IMG/VR virus record: IMGVR_UViG_2920693923_000001
Span: 95,904 to 159,903 of that record
Length of the DNA: 64,000 nucleotides
Reading direction: 5' to 3' (one strand)
Origin: a virus
Taxonomy: Duplodnaviria > Caudoviricetes
Positions 49,749 through 58,217 of this stretch are shown here, piece by piece. The notes below the pieces were generated by a model. The model did not search any database, was not told the origin of the DNA, and saw nothing but the letters and a program-made list of their open reading frames with translations. Each line of letters starts with the position of its first letter. Positions within the stretch are counted from its first letter, which is position 1. Both the position numbers and the translations under genes were made by a program.

Positions 49749-50309
49749 ATGCATAAAGTGTTTTGTATTATTGGACGAACTGCATCTGGTAAATCAACAA
49801 TTGTGAGTGCAGTTGCAAAAGATATGAAGTTAAAAGTCTTGAAATCTTATACGACAAGAGCAAGACGTAAGAATGAAGTTGGGAAACATTGTGATCACAC
49901 ATTTATTTCTGCTGACGATGTAAATAAATATATGAATGACATGGTTGCTTACACAGAAAGATCAGGCTATTGTTCTTTCGCAACAGAGTCGCAGTTAATG
50001 AATTCTGACTTATATATCATTAATCCCAGTGGTTATTCAGACTTAATTAACACGACAAGAAATATTCCGAATCTACAGTTGATTGACATTTGGATTGACT
50101 GTGATACTGACCAGTTACAGCTTCGATCGAAGAAAAGGTCTACAGCAGATAATTGGCAAGCTAATTACATAAAAGAAGAGGAAGAGTTTAATAAGATTTA
50201 TTCTAATATTGATCCAAAACATTCATATCATGTAGACAACAATGGAGATATATCAGAAGCAATTGGAAAAGTCGAAAGTATTATATTATATGAGCAGCAT
50301 TTAGCTTAG
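49749..50309 (+). CDS. Guanylate-kinase-like nucleotide kinase
   Basis: GRTASGKS and SYTTRARR motifs. Confidence 0.8.
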   Translation: MHKVFCIIGRTASGKSTIVSAVAKDMKLKVLKSYTTRARRKNEVGKHCDHTFISADDVNKYMNDMVAYTERSGYCSFATESQLMNSDLYIINPSGYSDLINTTRNIPNLQLIDIWIDCDTDQLQLRSKKRSTADNWQANYIKEEEEFNKIYSNIDPKHSYHVDNNGDISEAIGKVESIILYEQHLA

Positions 50310-50325
50310 AGGTGGTGAGAGAAAG

Positions 50326-50487
50326 ATGTTTGAGAGTTTCTGTAAGCATAAATCTTACAAAATAATCAGATGTGAAAAGAGTGAACATAAATATACATGT
50401 CAGTGCATGAAATGTGGTAAGCAGTTTGAACTGCCAAAAGCACCTGATGAGATGTATACCATTGGACAGGTTGTAAAACTATGGTAA
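50326..50487 (+). CDS. Small Zn-binding protein (53 aa)
   Basis: GAGGTGG RBS; CKH...CMKCG. Confidence 0.55.
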   Translation: MFESFCKHKSYKIIRCEKSEHKYTCQCMKCGKQFELPKAPDEMYTIGQVVKLW

Positions 50488-50497
50488 GGAGGTAAAT

Positions 50498-50737
50498 ATG
50501 TTTAAAGAGTATTGGATTGAATTAGATACCATTGATGGAGCAAAGCAATTAAATGCAATTGCGCTCAGTTATGAAGAAGATATAGATATTATTAAGGGTA
50601 GGTATGTCATTGATGCAAAATCAATTCTTGGTATCTTCAGCTTGGATATTTCGAAGCCAGTGAAAATAAAGATTCATTCTGATGATCTATCCGTATTGGA
50701 TAAGTTCTATCAAGATATTAAAGATTTTGTTTTGTAA
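50498..50737 (+). CDS. HPr-like phosphocarrier protein lacking His15
   Basis: IDAKSILGI (Ser46 motif); no GLHARP motif. Confidence 0.8.
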   Translation: MFKEYWIELDTIDGAKQLNAIALSYEEDIDIIKGRYVIDAKSILGIFSLDISKPVKIKIHSDDLSVLDKFYQDIKDFVL

Positions 50738-50767
50738 AATATTATATATAAAGAAGAGGTGATTTTA

Positions 50768-51341
50768 GTGAGTCGAATACGTGATTTGTATATCGATTAT
50801 GACTGATGGGTGCATAGTTAATACGATTAAAGCCATATGTGAGATGTATAATGAAGATTTTAAATACTATAAAAATTTTAGGCATATTGATTGGTGGGAA
50901 ATTAATACATGGAATTTTGAAGAGTGTAATTGTGCTAAACCATCGTATATTGATTCATATTTTAATCAGCCAAGATTTTTCCGATATATTACTTATATGG
51001 ATTGGGCGAAGGAGATATTAGATGAACTGAAAGAAACTTATAAGATAAGTATTGTTTCTGCTGGTTATAGTCCAAATCTATATGGTAAATCAATTTGGAT
51101 TAAGGAGAATTTACCTTATTGTGATTTTATAGGAGTTAATTTGAAACAATATAAAAATAAAGGACATATAGATATGAGTAATGGTATTTTCATTGATGAT
51201 TCTTACAATAATTTAATCGCATCAAATGCAATGATTAATATATGTTTTGGAGATATATATACATGGAACAAAGATTGGCAAGGTATAAGATGTAAAAATT
51301 GGCATGATGTTAATGATTTTTTAGGAGGTTTAGTTAAGTAG
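50768..51341 (+). pseudogene. 5'(3')-deoxyribonucleotidase (NT5C/HAD), frameshifted in motif I
   Basis: GTG AGT...YIDYD then TGA; removing 4 nt at ~50801 gives DYDGCIVNT; downstream FIDDS. Confidence 0.7.
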
Positions 51342-51526
51342 TGAAATATATGACAAGCCATGAGTTAGCGAAAGAACTATTGAGTAGACCTGATCATATG
51401 ATAACCGCAACACATGGAAACAGAGAATACAGTATTAGAGATTATCAGATGGCAGTAGATTACCGCAACTATGATGACTCAACAACTTATTGGACTCTGA
51501 ATTTGTGCTCAGAGAGAATTATATAA
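51341..51526 (+). CDS. Hypothetical phage protein
   Basis: GGAGG RBS. Confidence 0.6.
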   Translation: MKYMTSHELAKELLSRPDHMITATHGNREYSIRDYQMAVDYRNYDDSTTYWTLNLCSERII

Positions 51527-51533
51527 GAAAGGA

Positions 51534-52073
51534 ATGTATATGAGCATTGCATTAATAGGGCAAGAATGTAGTGGTAGACATACTGTGTTAAATGAATTAT
51601 TGACTATGGGATACGATACCATTAGATATTATACGACAACTCCTGATTACGGATACGATAATAACTATCATATTAGCGACAAAGAATTTTGTGAAATGAT
51701 TGATAGTGAGCAGTTCCTATATTGGGAGGCTTTTGAAACAAATGATGGCATTAATTATATCGGAACTAAATATTCTGATTATGCTGGTGGAAATAAAGTT
51801 GTTATAGTAGAAGATATGGCAAAGTTACATACATTAGTTTCGTACTTCCCAGAGTTTAAGTCTATTTATTTAAAGGTAGATAAACATGAAATTAATAATC
51901 GAATAATGTCTATATATACTACGAAAGATGCCGTTAAAAAGGTAAAAAAGCGTAACAAGAAGTTAAAGGCGAGAAATCAAGGGATGGAAACACTTGCTGA
52001 TTGTATAGTTGATAATTATGGCAGATTACCTTATCAAACAGCAGTGATATGCAAGTGGTTTGATCAAGAGTAG
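51534..52073 (+). CDS. Second, degenerate guanylate-kinase-like protein
   Basis: GQECSGRH (P-loop Lys replaced), YTTTP, YIGT. Confidence 0.65.
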   Translation: MYMSIALIGQECSGRHTVLNELLTMGYDTIRYYTTTPDYGYDNNYHISDKEFCEMIDSEQFLYWEAFETNDGINYIGTKYSDYAGGNKVVIVEDMAKLHTLVSYFPEFKSIYLKVDKHEINNRIMSIYTTKDAVKKVKKRNKKLKARNQGMETLADCIVDNYGRLPYQTAVICKWFDQE

Positions 52074-52114
52074 GTGAAAAGGTTGATTTCTTATGGAATC
52101 GAGAAAGGAGATAA

Positions 52115-52402
52115 ATGAACGTTAGTAAAGCAGAATATGAAGTAAAAACAGCAATGGCAAACGATTTATTAAAAGCAGAAGAGTATATCAATTCACTTGG
52201 TGTTGAAACAAGAAAACCATGTGATGATGACAAATTTAGAAGTATATACGATGTGTTGAGTGACATTGTGACAGTATGGAACAATAATCCAACCATCGGC
52301 AAAGATGTAGAAGAGTTCTTAGCTGGTAATCCTGAGACTTCTGATGAATTAGATGAATTTCTAAGCCACTATAATTTGGATGGAATTATGAGAAACAGAT
52401 AG
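52115..52402 (+). CDS. Hypothetical phage protein
   Basis: AAAGGAG RBS. Confidence 0.7.
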   Translation: MNVSKAEYEVKTAMANDLLKAEEYINSLGVETRKPCDDDKFRSIYDVLSDIVTVWNNNPTIGKDVEEFLAGNPETSDELDEFLSHYNLDGIMRNR

Positions 52403-52413
52403 GAGGATATATA

Positions 52414-55400
52414 TTGACAAAAGTAATTAAAAGAGATTGTACAGAAGTTAATTTTGATAAATCAAAAATCTCAGTAGCAATTCTTAAAGCAATGAAAAAT
52501 GGTTCAGGTATTGTAAAACAAAAGATTGCAGAAGATATTGCAGACGAGATTGAAGAGGAATGTAAAAACAAAGAAGAAGTAAGCATCTCTGATATTGAAT
52601 CAATGGTTTATGATAAATTGATTACTAAGAAGCAGAGACTTACTGCAAAAGCATACGAGGGATATAGAAGTATTCGTGAGTTTCAGAGAGAAAATGAGAA
52701 TACAACAGATTCCGAGATTGATGAACTGTTAGATGGTGAAAGCGAATATTGGAATACTGAAAATTCCAATAAGAACTCAAAAATATTAAATACTCAGCGT
52801 GATTATATGGCAGGGATTGTTAGCAAAGATATTTCTCGTAGATTTTTACTTCCACCAGAAGTTGTACAAGCACACGATGAAGGAATTATTCATTTCCATG
52901 ATATTGACTATTTTGGTATGAAGGCGATGAGTAACTGCTCACTTATTAATCTCGAAGATATGTTACAGAATGGTACTTGTATTAACAAAGTAATGATTGA
53001 AAAACCACATAGATTTATTACTGCTTGTACAATCGCCACTCAGATTATTCTTGGTGTTACGTCACTTCAGTATGGAGGGGCTACAATTACTCTTACACAT
53101 TTAGCACCATTTGTAAGAGATAGTTACAACAGATACTATGAGAAATATAAGTCATGGGGTTTTTCTGATGAAGATTGTAAGAAGTATGCAGAAGTTGATA
53201 CCAAAAAAGAAGTAGCAGATGGCGTTCAGACATTTAACTATCAGTGCAATTCTATGTCTAATTCAAATGGGCAGTCTCCTTTTTTGAGTGTATTCATGTA
53301 TCTTGGAGAGACTACAGAGTATAAAAAAGAACTTGCAATGATTATTGAGGAATTCCTTAATCAGAGATTGCTTGGTCTTAAAAATGAAGTAGGTGTTTAT
53401 GTCACACAGGCATTTCCAAAACTTCTTTATGTCTTAGAAGAAGATAATATTCATGAAAATTCCCCTTATTGGTATTTAACAAAACTTGCGGCTAAGTGTA
53501 CTGCAAAGAGAATGAACCCTGATTATATTTCAGAGAAAATTATGAAGAAATATAAAGAAGGTAACTGTTTCCCATGCATGGGCTGTGTTGACGGAAAAGA
53601 ACTCGTTACATATAAGATTAAGGATAATTTATATGTAGAATCATTTGAAAGAATGTGGAGGAGATTGTCTGATTCATTTGAAATTAAACATCAGTATTCC
53701 GAAGATAATCCTAATTTATATATGGATTTATCAGAAGTAACAATTTATGATACAGAAAAAGGATTTGTTAATACAAAAAGAATTATTCGTAATGTATCAA
53801 GCGAATGGTTAGATGTTGATTTTTCAAATGGTAGAAGGTTGTTATGTACAACAGATCACCCATTAACATTGAGAAATGGTAGAAATGTACGTGCATCAGA
53901 GTTAAAACTTGGAGATAAAATTTTAATCAATTCAAATCAGTATAACGAAGAATCAACTCTATTCAATATTGATAAAGCATGGCTACTTGGATTTATGCTA
54001 TGTGATGGATGTTATCAAAATAATCATGTATTCGCTTCTATTGCTGCAACAGGAGAAGATGAAATTGAAGAAAAATTTAGTAATACATTTACTAAGTATT
54101 TCGGTCTGAATGTTAAAACAATTCTACAAGAACGTGGTAAAAAAGGAACATACAAAGATTTATGTGCAATTTCAGATAATAACGGTGGAATTCAATATGT
54201 GACAAATTATTTTACATCAAAATTTGGCGGCATTAATAAAGTAAATAGACAAATTCCAAATGAAGTATTCTCATGGAATTATGAAGCGAAGCTTGCCTTT
54301 TTTGCAGGAATGATTGATGCAGACGGATATGTCAATTCACATCAAAATGAAAATAACTTTTCTACTGTTCAAATCGGCTCTACTAATAAAGAATTAGCAC
54401 TTCAGCAAATGGCGTTAGCACAATCTATTGGAATCCCAGCTAAAATTTATCATAATCATTACACAAAGAAAAATCCAGAATTGATTAGATATAGGGTTGA
54501 ATTTTACCCAACTGATGAATTAGTTAATTACATTGTATGCAAAAAGAAATGTGATAACTATATTGAATCAAATGTATCAGGATATGCTATTGAATCAGAG
54601 GTTATCAAAATTAATCCGATTCATAAAGAAATGTATAGTTATGATGTGACAACATCTAGTGAGCATTTTGAAGTTAGTGGTATTTATAGTCACAATTGCC
54701 GCAGTTTCCTTTCACCTTATAAAGACGAAAATGGTAATTACAAATTTTATGGAAGATTAAACCAAGGCGTTGTTACCTTAAACCTTGTAGATGTAGCATT
54801 ATCATCTGAAGGAGATTATGAAAAGTTTTGGAATTTAATGGAACAGAGAACAGAATTATGTCATAAAGCATTACTTTGCAGACATAAACGATTAGAAGGA
54901 ATATTATCTGATGTCGCACCTTTATTGTGGCAGTATGGAGCATTTGCGAGACTTAAAAAGGGTGAGAAGATTGATAAATTACTTCATAATGGATATGCAA
55001 GTATTTCTCTTGGATATGCAGGGTTATATGAATGTGTAAAATATATGACTGGTAAATCACATATTGATTCACAGGAAGGTCATGATTTTGGTATTAAAGT
55101 AATGCAGTTTATGAATGATAAGTGTGACCAGTGGAATAAAGAGCATTATATTGGATTTTCAATTTACGGATCTCCAATCGAAAACACAACGTATAAATTT
55201 GCGAAGTGTCTACAGAAACGCTTTGGAATTATTAAAGGCATTACAGATAGAAACTATATTACAAACAGTTATCATACATTTGTAAAAGAACCAATTAATG
55301 CATTTGATAAACTTGCTAAAGAATCAGAATTTCAGGCGTTATCACTTGGAGGTGCGATATCTTATGTTGAGACAGATGGATTGGTAAATAATGTAGATGC

Positions 55401-55686
55401 TATTTTGGAAATGAATAAATTCATCTATGACCATATTATGTATGCAGAAGAAAATACAAAGTCTGATTACTGTCAGATTTGTGGTTATGACGGTGAAATC
55501 AAAATTATTGATGAGGGTGGTGAACTTATTTGGGAATGCCCAAATTGCCACAATAGAGATAAAGACAAGATGAATGTAGCAAGAAGGACTTGCGGATATA
55601 TTGGAACTAATTACTGGGGAAAAGGACGTACTCAGGAAATTAAAGAGAGATATGTTCATATGACAGATATTGCGGAGGATTTATAA
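52414..55686 (+). CDS. nrdD: Anaerobic (class III) ribonucleotide reductase with ATP cone and intein
   Basis: VIKRD ATP cone, HFHD, SNC, MG/CRSFL split by an intein, CxxC pairs, RRTCGY glycyl-radical loop. Confidence 0.95.
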   Translation: MTKVIKRDCTEVNFDKSKISVAILKAMKNGSGIVKQKIAEDIADEIEEECKNKEEVSISDIESMVYDKLITKKQRLTAKAYEGYRSIREFQRENENTTDSEIDELLDGESEYWNTENSNKNSKILNTQRDYMAGIVSKDISRRFLLPPEVVQAHDEGIIHFHDIDYFGMKAMSNCSLINLEDMLQNGTCINKVMIEKPHRFITACTIATQIILGVTSLQYGGATITLTHLAPFVRDSYNRYYEKYKSWGFSDEDCKKYAEVDTKKEVADGVQTFNYQCNSMSNSNGQSPFLSVFMYLGETTEYKKELAMIIEEFLNQRLLGLKNEVGVYVTQAFPKLLYVLEEDNIHENSPYWYLTKLAAKCTAKRMNPDYISEKIMKKYKEGNCFPCMGCVDGKELVTYKIKDNLYVESFERMWRRLSDSFEIKHQYSEDNPNLYMDLSEVTIYDTEKGFVNTKRIIRNVSSEWLDVDFSNGRRLLCTTDHPLTLRNGRNVRASELKLGDKILINSNQYNEESTLFNIDKAWLLGFMLCDGCYQNNHVFASIAATGEDEIEEKFSNTFTKYFGLNVKTILQERGKKGTYKDLCAISDNNGGIQYVTNYFTSKFGGINKVNRQIPNEVFSWNYEAKLAFFAGMIDADGYVNSHQNENNFSTVQIGSTNKELALQQMALAQSIGIPAKIYHNHYTKKNPELIRYRVEFYPTDELVNYIVCKKKCDNYIESNVSGYAIESEVIKINPIHKEMYSYDVTTSSEHFEVSGIYSHNCRSFLSPYKDENGNYKFYGRLNQGVVTLNLVDVALSSEGDYEKFWNLMEQRTELCHKALLCRHKRLEGILSDVAPLLWQYGAFARLKKGEKIDKLLHNGYASISLGYAGLYECVKYMTGKSHIDSQEGHDFGIKVMQFMNDKCDQWNKEHYIGFSIYGSPIENTTYKFAKCLQKRFGIIKGITDRNYITNSYHTFVKEPINAFDKLAKESEFQALSLGGAISYVETDGLVNNVDAILEMNKFIYDHIMYAEENTKSDYCQICGYDGEIKIIDEGGELIWECPNCHNRDKDKMNVARRTCGYIGTNYWGKGRTQEIKERYVHMTDIAEDL
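53584..54696 (+). mobile_element. Intein (371 aa) with LAGLIDADG homing endonuclease in nrdD
   Basis: Starts CVDG, block B TTDHP, LLGFMLCDG / FAGMIDADG, ends SHN followed by extein Cys. Confidence 0.93.
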
Positions 55687-56144
55687 TGGCACAGATTTTT
55701 AGAATAAGTGGATATTTAGTTGATCCATCTGATGACTGCAATAAGGAAGAAATTAAAGTATCTATTACAGATAGATTAGATATGTTTTGCCAGCAGTTAC
55801 ATATTGAATCTGCTGATATTGGAGAATGGGAAGACGATAACCCATTAAATTATGAAAATTGTGATTTAGCATATTGTACTCAATATTTTAAACAGACCAA
55901 TAATTATTTTAAGTTTGATAGACCATTACCAGCAGTAGGACAAAAATACAAACACTTTAAAATTGGTAAAATTGTTACGATTATTGGAATTTCAAGACAT
56001 ACAGAAACTGAAGAGGTGACGGTTGTTTATGACTATGAAGGACATATTTGGAATCGTCCTCTTGAAATGTTTATGAGTGAGGTTGATAAAGAAAAATATC
56101 CTAACACTACACAAAAATATAGATTTGAACTTGTGGAGGATTGA
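55686..56144 (+). CDS. DUF1653-domain protein
   Basis: YKHFK...HTET...WNRPLEMFMSEVD...QKYRF. Confidence 0.8.
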   Translation: MAQIFRISGYLVDPSDDCNKEEIKVSITDRLDMFCQQLHIESADIGEWEDDNPLNYENCDLAYCTQYFKQTNNYFKFDRPLPAVGQKYKHFKIGKIVTIIGISRHTETEEVTVVYDYEGHIWNRPLEMFMSEVDKEKYPNTTQKYRFELVED

Positions 56145-56146
56145 TT

Positions 56147-56719
56147 ATGAGGTATGCACAAATTCGGTCTATGGACATTTCTAATGGAGAGGGAGTTGGA
56201 GTCTCCCTCTTCGTTCAAGGATGTCCGTTCCATTGTTTCAATTGTTTCAATTCTGAAACATGGGATTTTAATGGTGGTAAAGAATGGACAGAAGAAATAA
56301 AAGATAAATTTATGAAAATAATTGATAGACCATATATTAAACGAGTATCATTCCTTGGTGGTGAGTGCCTAGCTGAACAGAATTTAGATGGGATTTTAGA
56401 TTTAATTAAGGAAATCCGTATTTCCTTCCCTGAGAAAACTATCTGGTTGTATACAGGTTTTCGATGGAATTACATAATGAATTATCAACCTGTAGAAACA
56501 GATGGTTTTGATTATTTTGATTATATTGAAGAATCTTATAATGACGGATTGATGGAAAAACGCAAGCAGATAATTTCTTTATGCGATGTCGTGATAGACG
56601 GAGAATATATAGATGAGCAAAAAGATCTCACACTCAAGTGGAGAGGTTCAAAAAACCAAAACTGCATTGATGTGAAGCAATCTCTCACTCAGAACAAAGT
56701 AGTTTTATATTGTGATTAG
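56147..56719 (+). CDS. nrdG: Anaerobic RNR activating enzyme (radical SAM)
   Basis: NGEG, GCPFHCFNCFN, GGEC, WLYTG, WRGSKNQ. Confidence 0.93.
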   Translation: MRYAQIRSMDISNGEGVGVSLFVQGCPFHCFNCFNSETWDFNGGKEWTEEIKDKFMKIIDRPYIKRVSFLGGECLAEQNLDGILDLIKEIRISFPEKTIWLYTGFRWNYIMNYQPVETDGFDYFDYIEESYNDGLMEKRKQIISLCDVVIDGEYIDEQKDLTLKWRGSKNQNCIDVKQSLTQNKVVLYCD

Positions 56720-56740
56720 ATGAAAAGGAGGTATACCCTT

Positions 56741-56878
56741 ATGGCAGTAGCAATTATAACATTTTTTCTTGGTTGCGTTCTCGGTATAACCGTTGCATCG
56801 TTATGTAGTGCAGCCAAAACAGGTGATGATCTTATATCATCATGCACAGAAGAAGGTGAAGAACAATATCATATCTAA
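56741..56878 (+). CDS. Small membrane protein (45 aa)
   Basis: AAGGAGG RBS; FFLGCVLG TM segment. Confidence 0.6.
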   Translation: MAVAIITFFLGCVLGITVASLCSAAKTGDDLISSCTEEGEEQYHI

Positions 56879-57504
56879 TAGAGAAGTTTAAAGGCATTTA
56901 TCGGATCAAAGCACCAATAGATACAAATACAAATGATTTTCCACGAAAGATTAATGGTCAATATGAAGACATAGATTTATACATTGACTGTCAATTTGGC
57001 AATAAAGTATTCTACCAAGGTAATAGCACTTTGTTGGCATATATTCCATCGATCGGACGAGGCAGAAATATTATTCAAAAGATTCAAGAAACAAATCCAT
57101 CAATTATATATAATATAGAAGAAACAGATGAAGAAATTCTATTTGAATTCAAATATGTCAATTCTGACAAAATTATTCCATTGTTAAAACCTAGAACCAA
57201 TGGCGCAAATATATCACCATTCTCAAGCAAGAATTTACCACGAAATGATGAATATAGAATACCAGATGAAGCCTTGGGTGAATACAAGGGAATAATCCAA
57301 AATATACCCCAAAACAAGCTTCTCAGTATTAATGTTATACAGAATTCTTTTATTAAGTCGTTGGCATCAAAGAAACATCCACTATCCGAAATAAAAGCTG
57401 ATATGAGATTAAAAGGATTGCGTGGCAAGGAATACATACATTCTATTGGCAAGTGGGATAAGTATATTAAATATTTAAAGGAGAACTTATATGGAAACAA
57501 TTAA
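56866..57504 (+). CDS. Hypothetical phage protein, probable ATA start
   Basis: Frame open 55 codons upstream of TTG 57031, back to an ATA behind GAAGGTGA. Confidence 0.65.
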   Translation: MSYLIEKFKGIYRIKAPIDTNTNDFPRKINGQYEDIDLYIDCQFGNKVFYQGNSTLLAYIPSIGRGRNIIQKIQETNPSIIYNIEETDEEILFEFKYVNSDKIIPLLKPRTNGANISPFSSKNLPRNDEYRIPDEALGEYKGIIQNIPQNKLLSINVIQNSFIKSLASKKHPLSEIKADMRLKGLRGKEYIHSIGKWDKYIKYLKENLYGNN

Positions 57505-57922
57505 GATAAAGTATTTTGACAATGAGATAGATAAAATTGAAAAGATTAGCAAAGGAGATTTAATTGATCTTCGTGCAGCAGAAACAGTAAAAATGAAGGC
57601 AGGAGATTTTAAGTTGATTAAACTTGGAGTTGGTATGAAATTGCCTAACGGATATAAAGCTAATATATATCCACGTAGTAGTACATATAAGAATTTTGGT
57701 ATTATGCTTGCAAATAGCGTAGGACAGATTGATAACAGTTATAGTGGTGATAATGATGAATGGAGATTCCCAGCTATTGCTATGAGAGATACCATAATTC
57801 GTAAGAACGATCGAATTTGTCAGTTTGAGATTCAGAAGATTCAGCCTGAGATCGAATTCGTAGAAGTTGATCACTTGGATGATGAATCAAGAGGTGGAAT
57901 TGGATCTACTGGAACAAATTAA
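57491..57922 (+). CDS. dut: dUTPase (trimeric)
   Basis: [30 protein letters not shown]. Confidence 0.92.
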   Translation: METIKIKYFDNEIDKIEKISKGDLIDLRAAETVKMKAGDFKLIKLGVGMKLPNGYKANIYPRSSTYKNFGIMLANSVGQIDNSYSGDNDEWRFPAIAMRDTIIRKNDRICQFEIQKIQPEIEFVEVDHLDDESRGGIGSTGTN

Positions 57923-57936
57923 AGAGGTGAGCATAT

Positions 57937-58134
57937 ATAGAACAAACAGTGGAAATTAAGGATAAGATTAATCTTACCATTAAAGAAGCATCGATATACT
58001 CTAATATTGGAGAAACTACAATTAGAAAACTACTATCTGCAACGGCATGTCCTTTCTTATTAAAAGTGGGTAATAAACAGTTAATTAAAAGAAATGAATT
58101 CGAGAAATATTTAAATAGTAAGCATTTTATATGA
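57937..58134 (+). CDS. xis: Excisionase (HTH)
   Basis: LTIKEASIYSNIGETTIRKL...VGNKQLIK; immediately upstream of the integrase. Confidence 0.82.
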   Translation: MEQTVEIKDKINLTIKEASIYSNIGETTIRKLLSATACPFLLKVGNKQLIKRNEFEKYLNSKHFI

Positions 58135-58149
58135 GATTGATATAACAAT

Positions 58150-58191
58150 AAGAATCTTTGTGTGGTATAATACATACACGCAGAGATTCTT
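58150..58191 (+). promoter_or_regulatory. Extended -10 promoter (TGGTATAAT) inside an inverted repeat upstream of int
   Basis: AAGAATCTTTGTGTG / CACGCAGAGATTCTT flanking TATAAT at 58166. Confidence 0.6.
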
Positions 58192-58217
58192 TGCCTTATA
58201 TAAAGGAGGAATTACGA

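Noticed and set aside
5208-52096. Junction motif as LexA/SOS boxes or CRISPR repeats
   Set aside because: The Firmicute SOS box is GAAC-N4-GTTC, with different arms and spacing. The sites are kilobases apart with genes between them, so they are not a CRISPR array.
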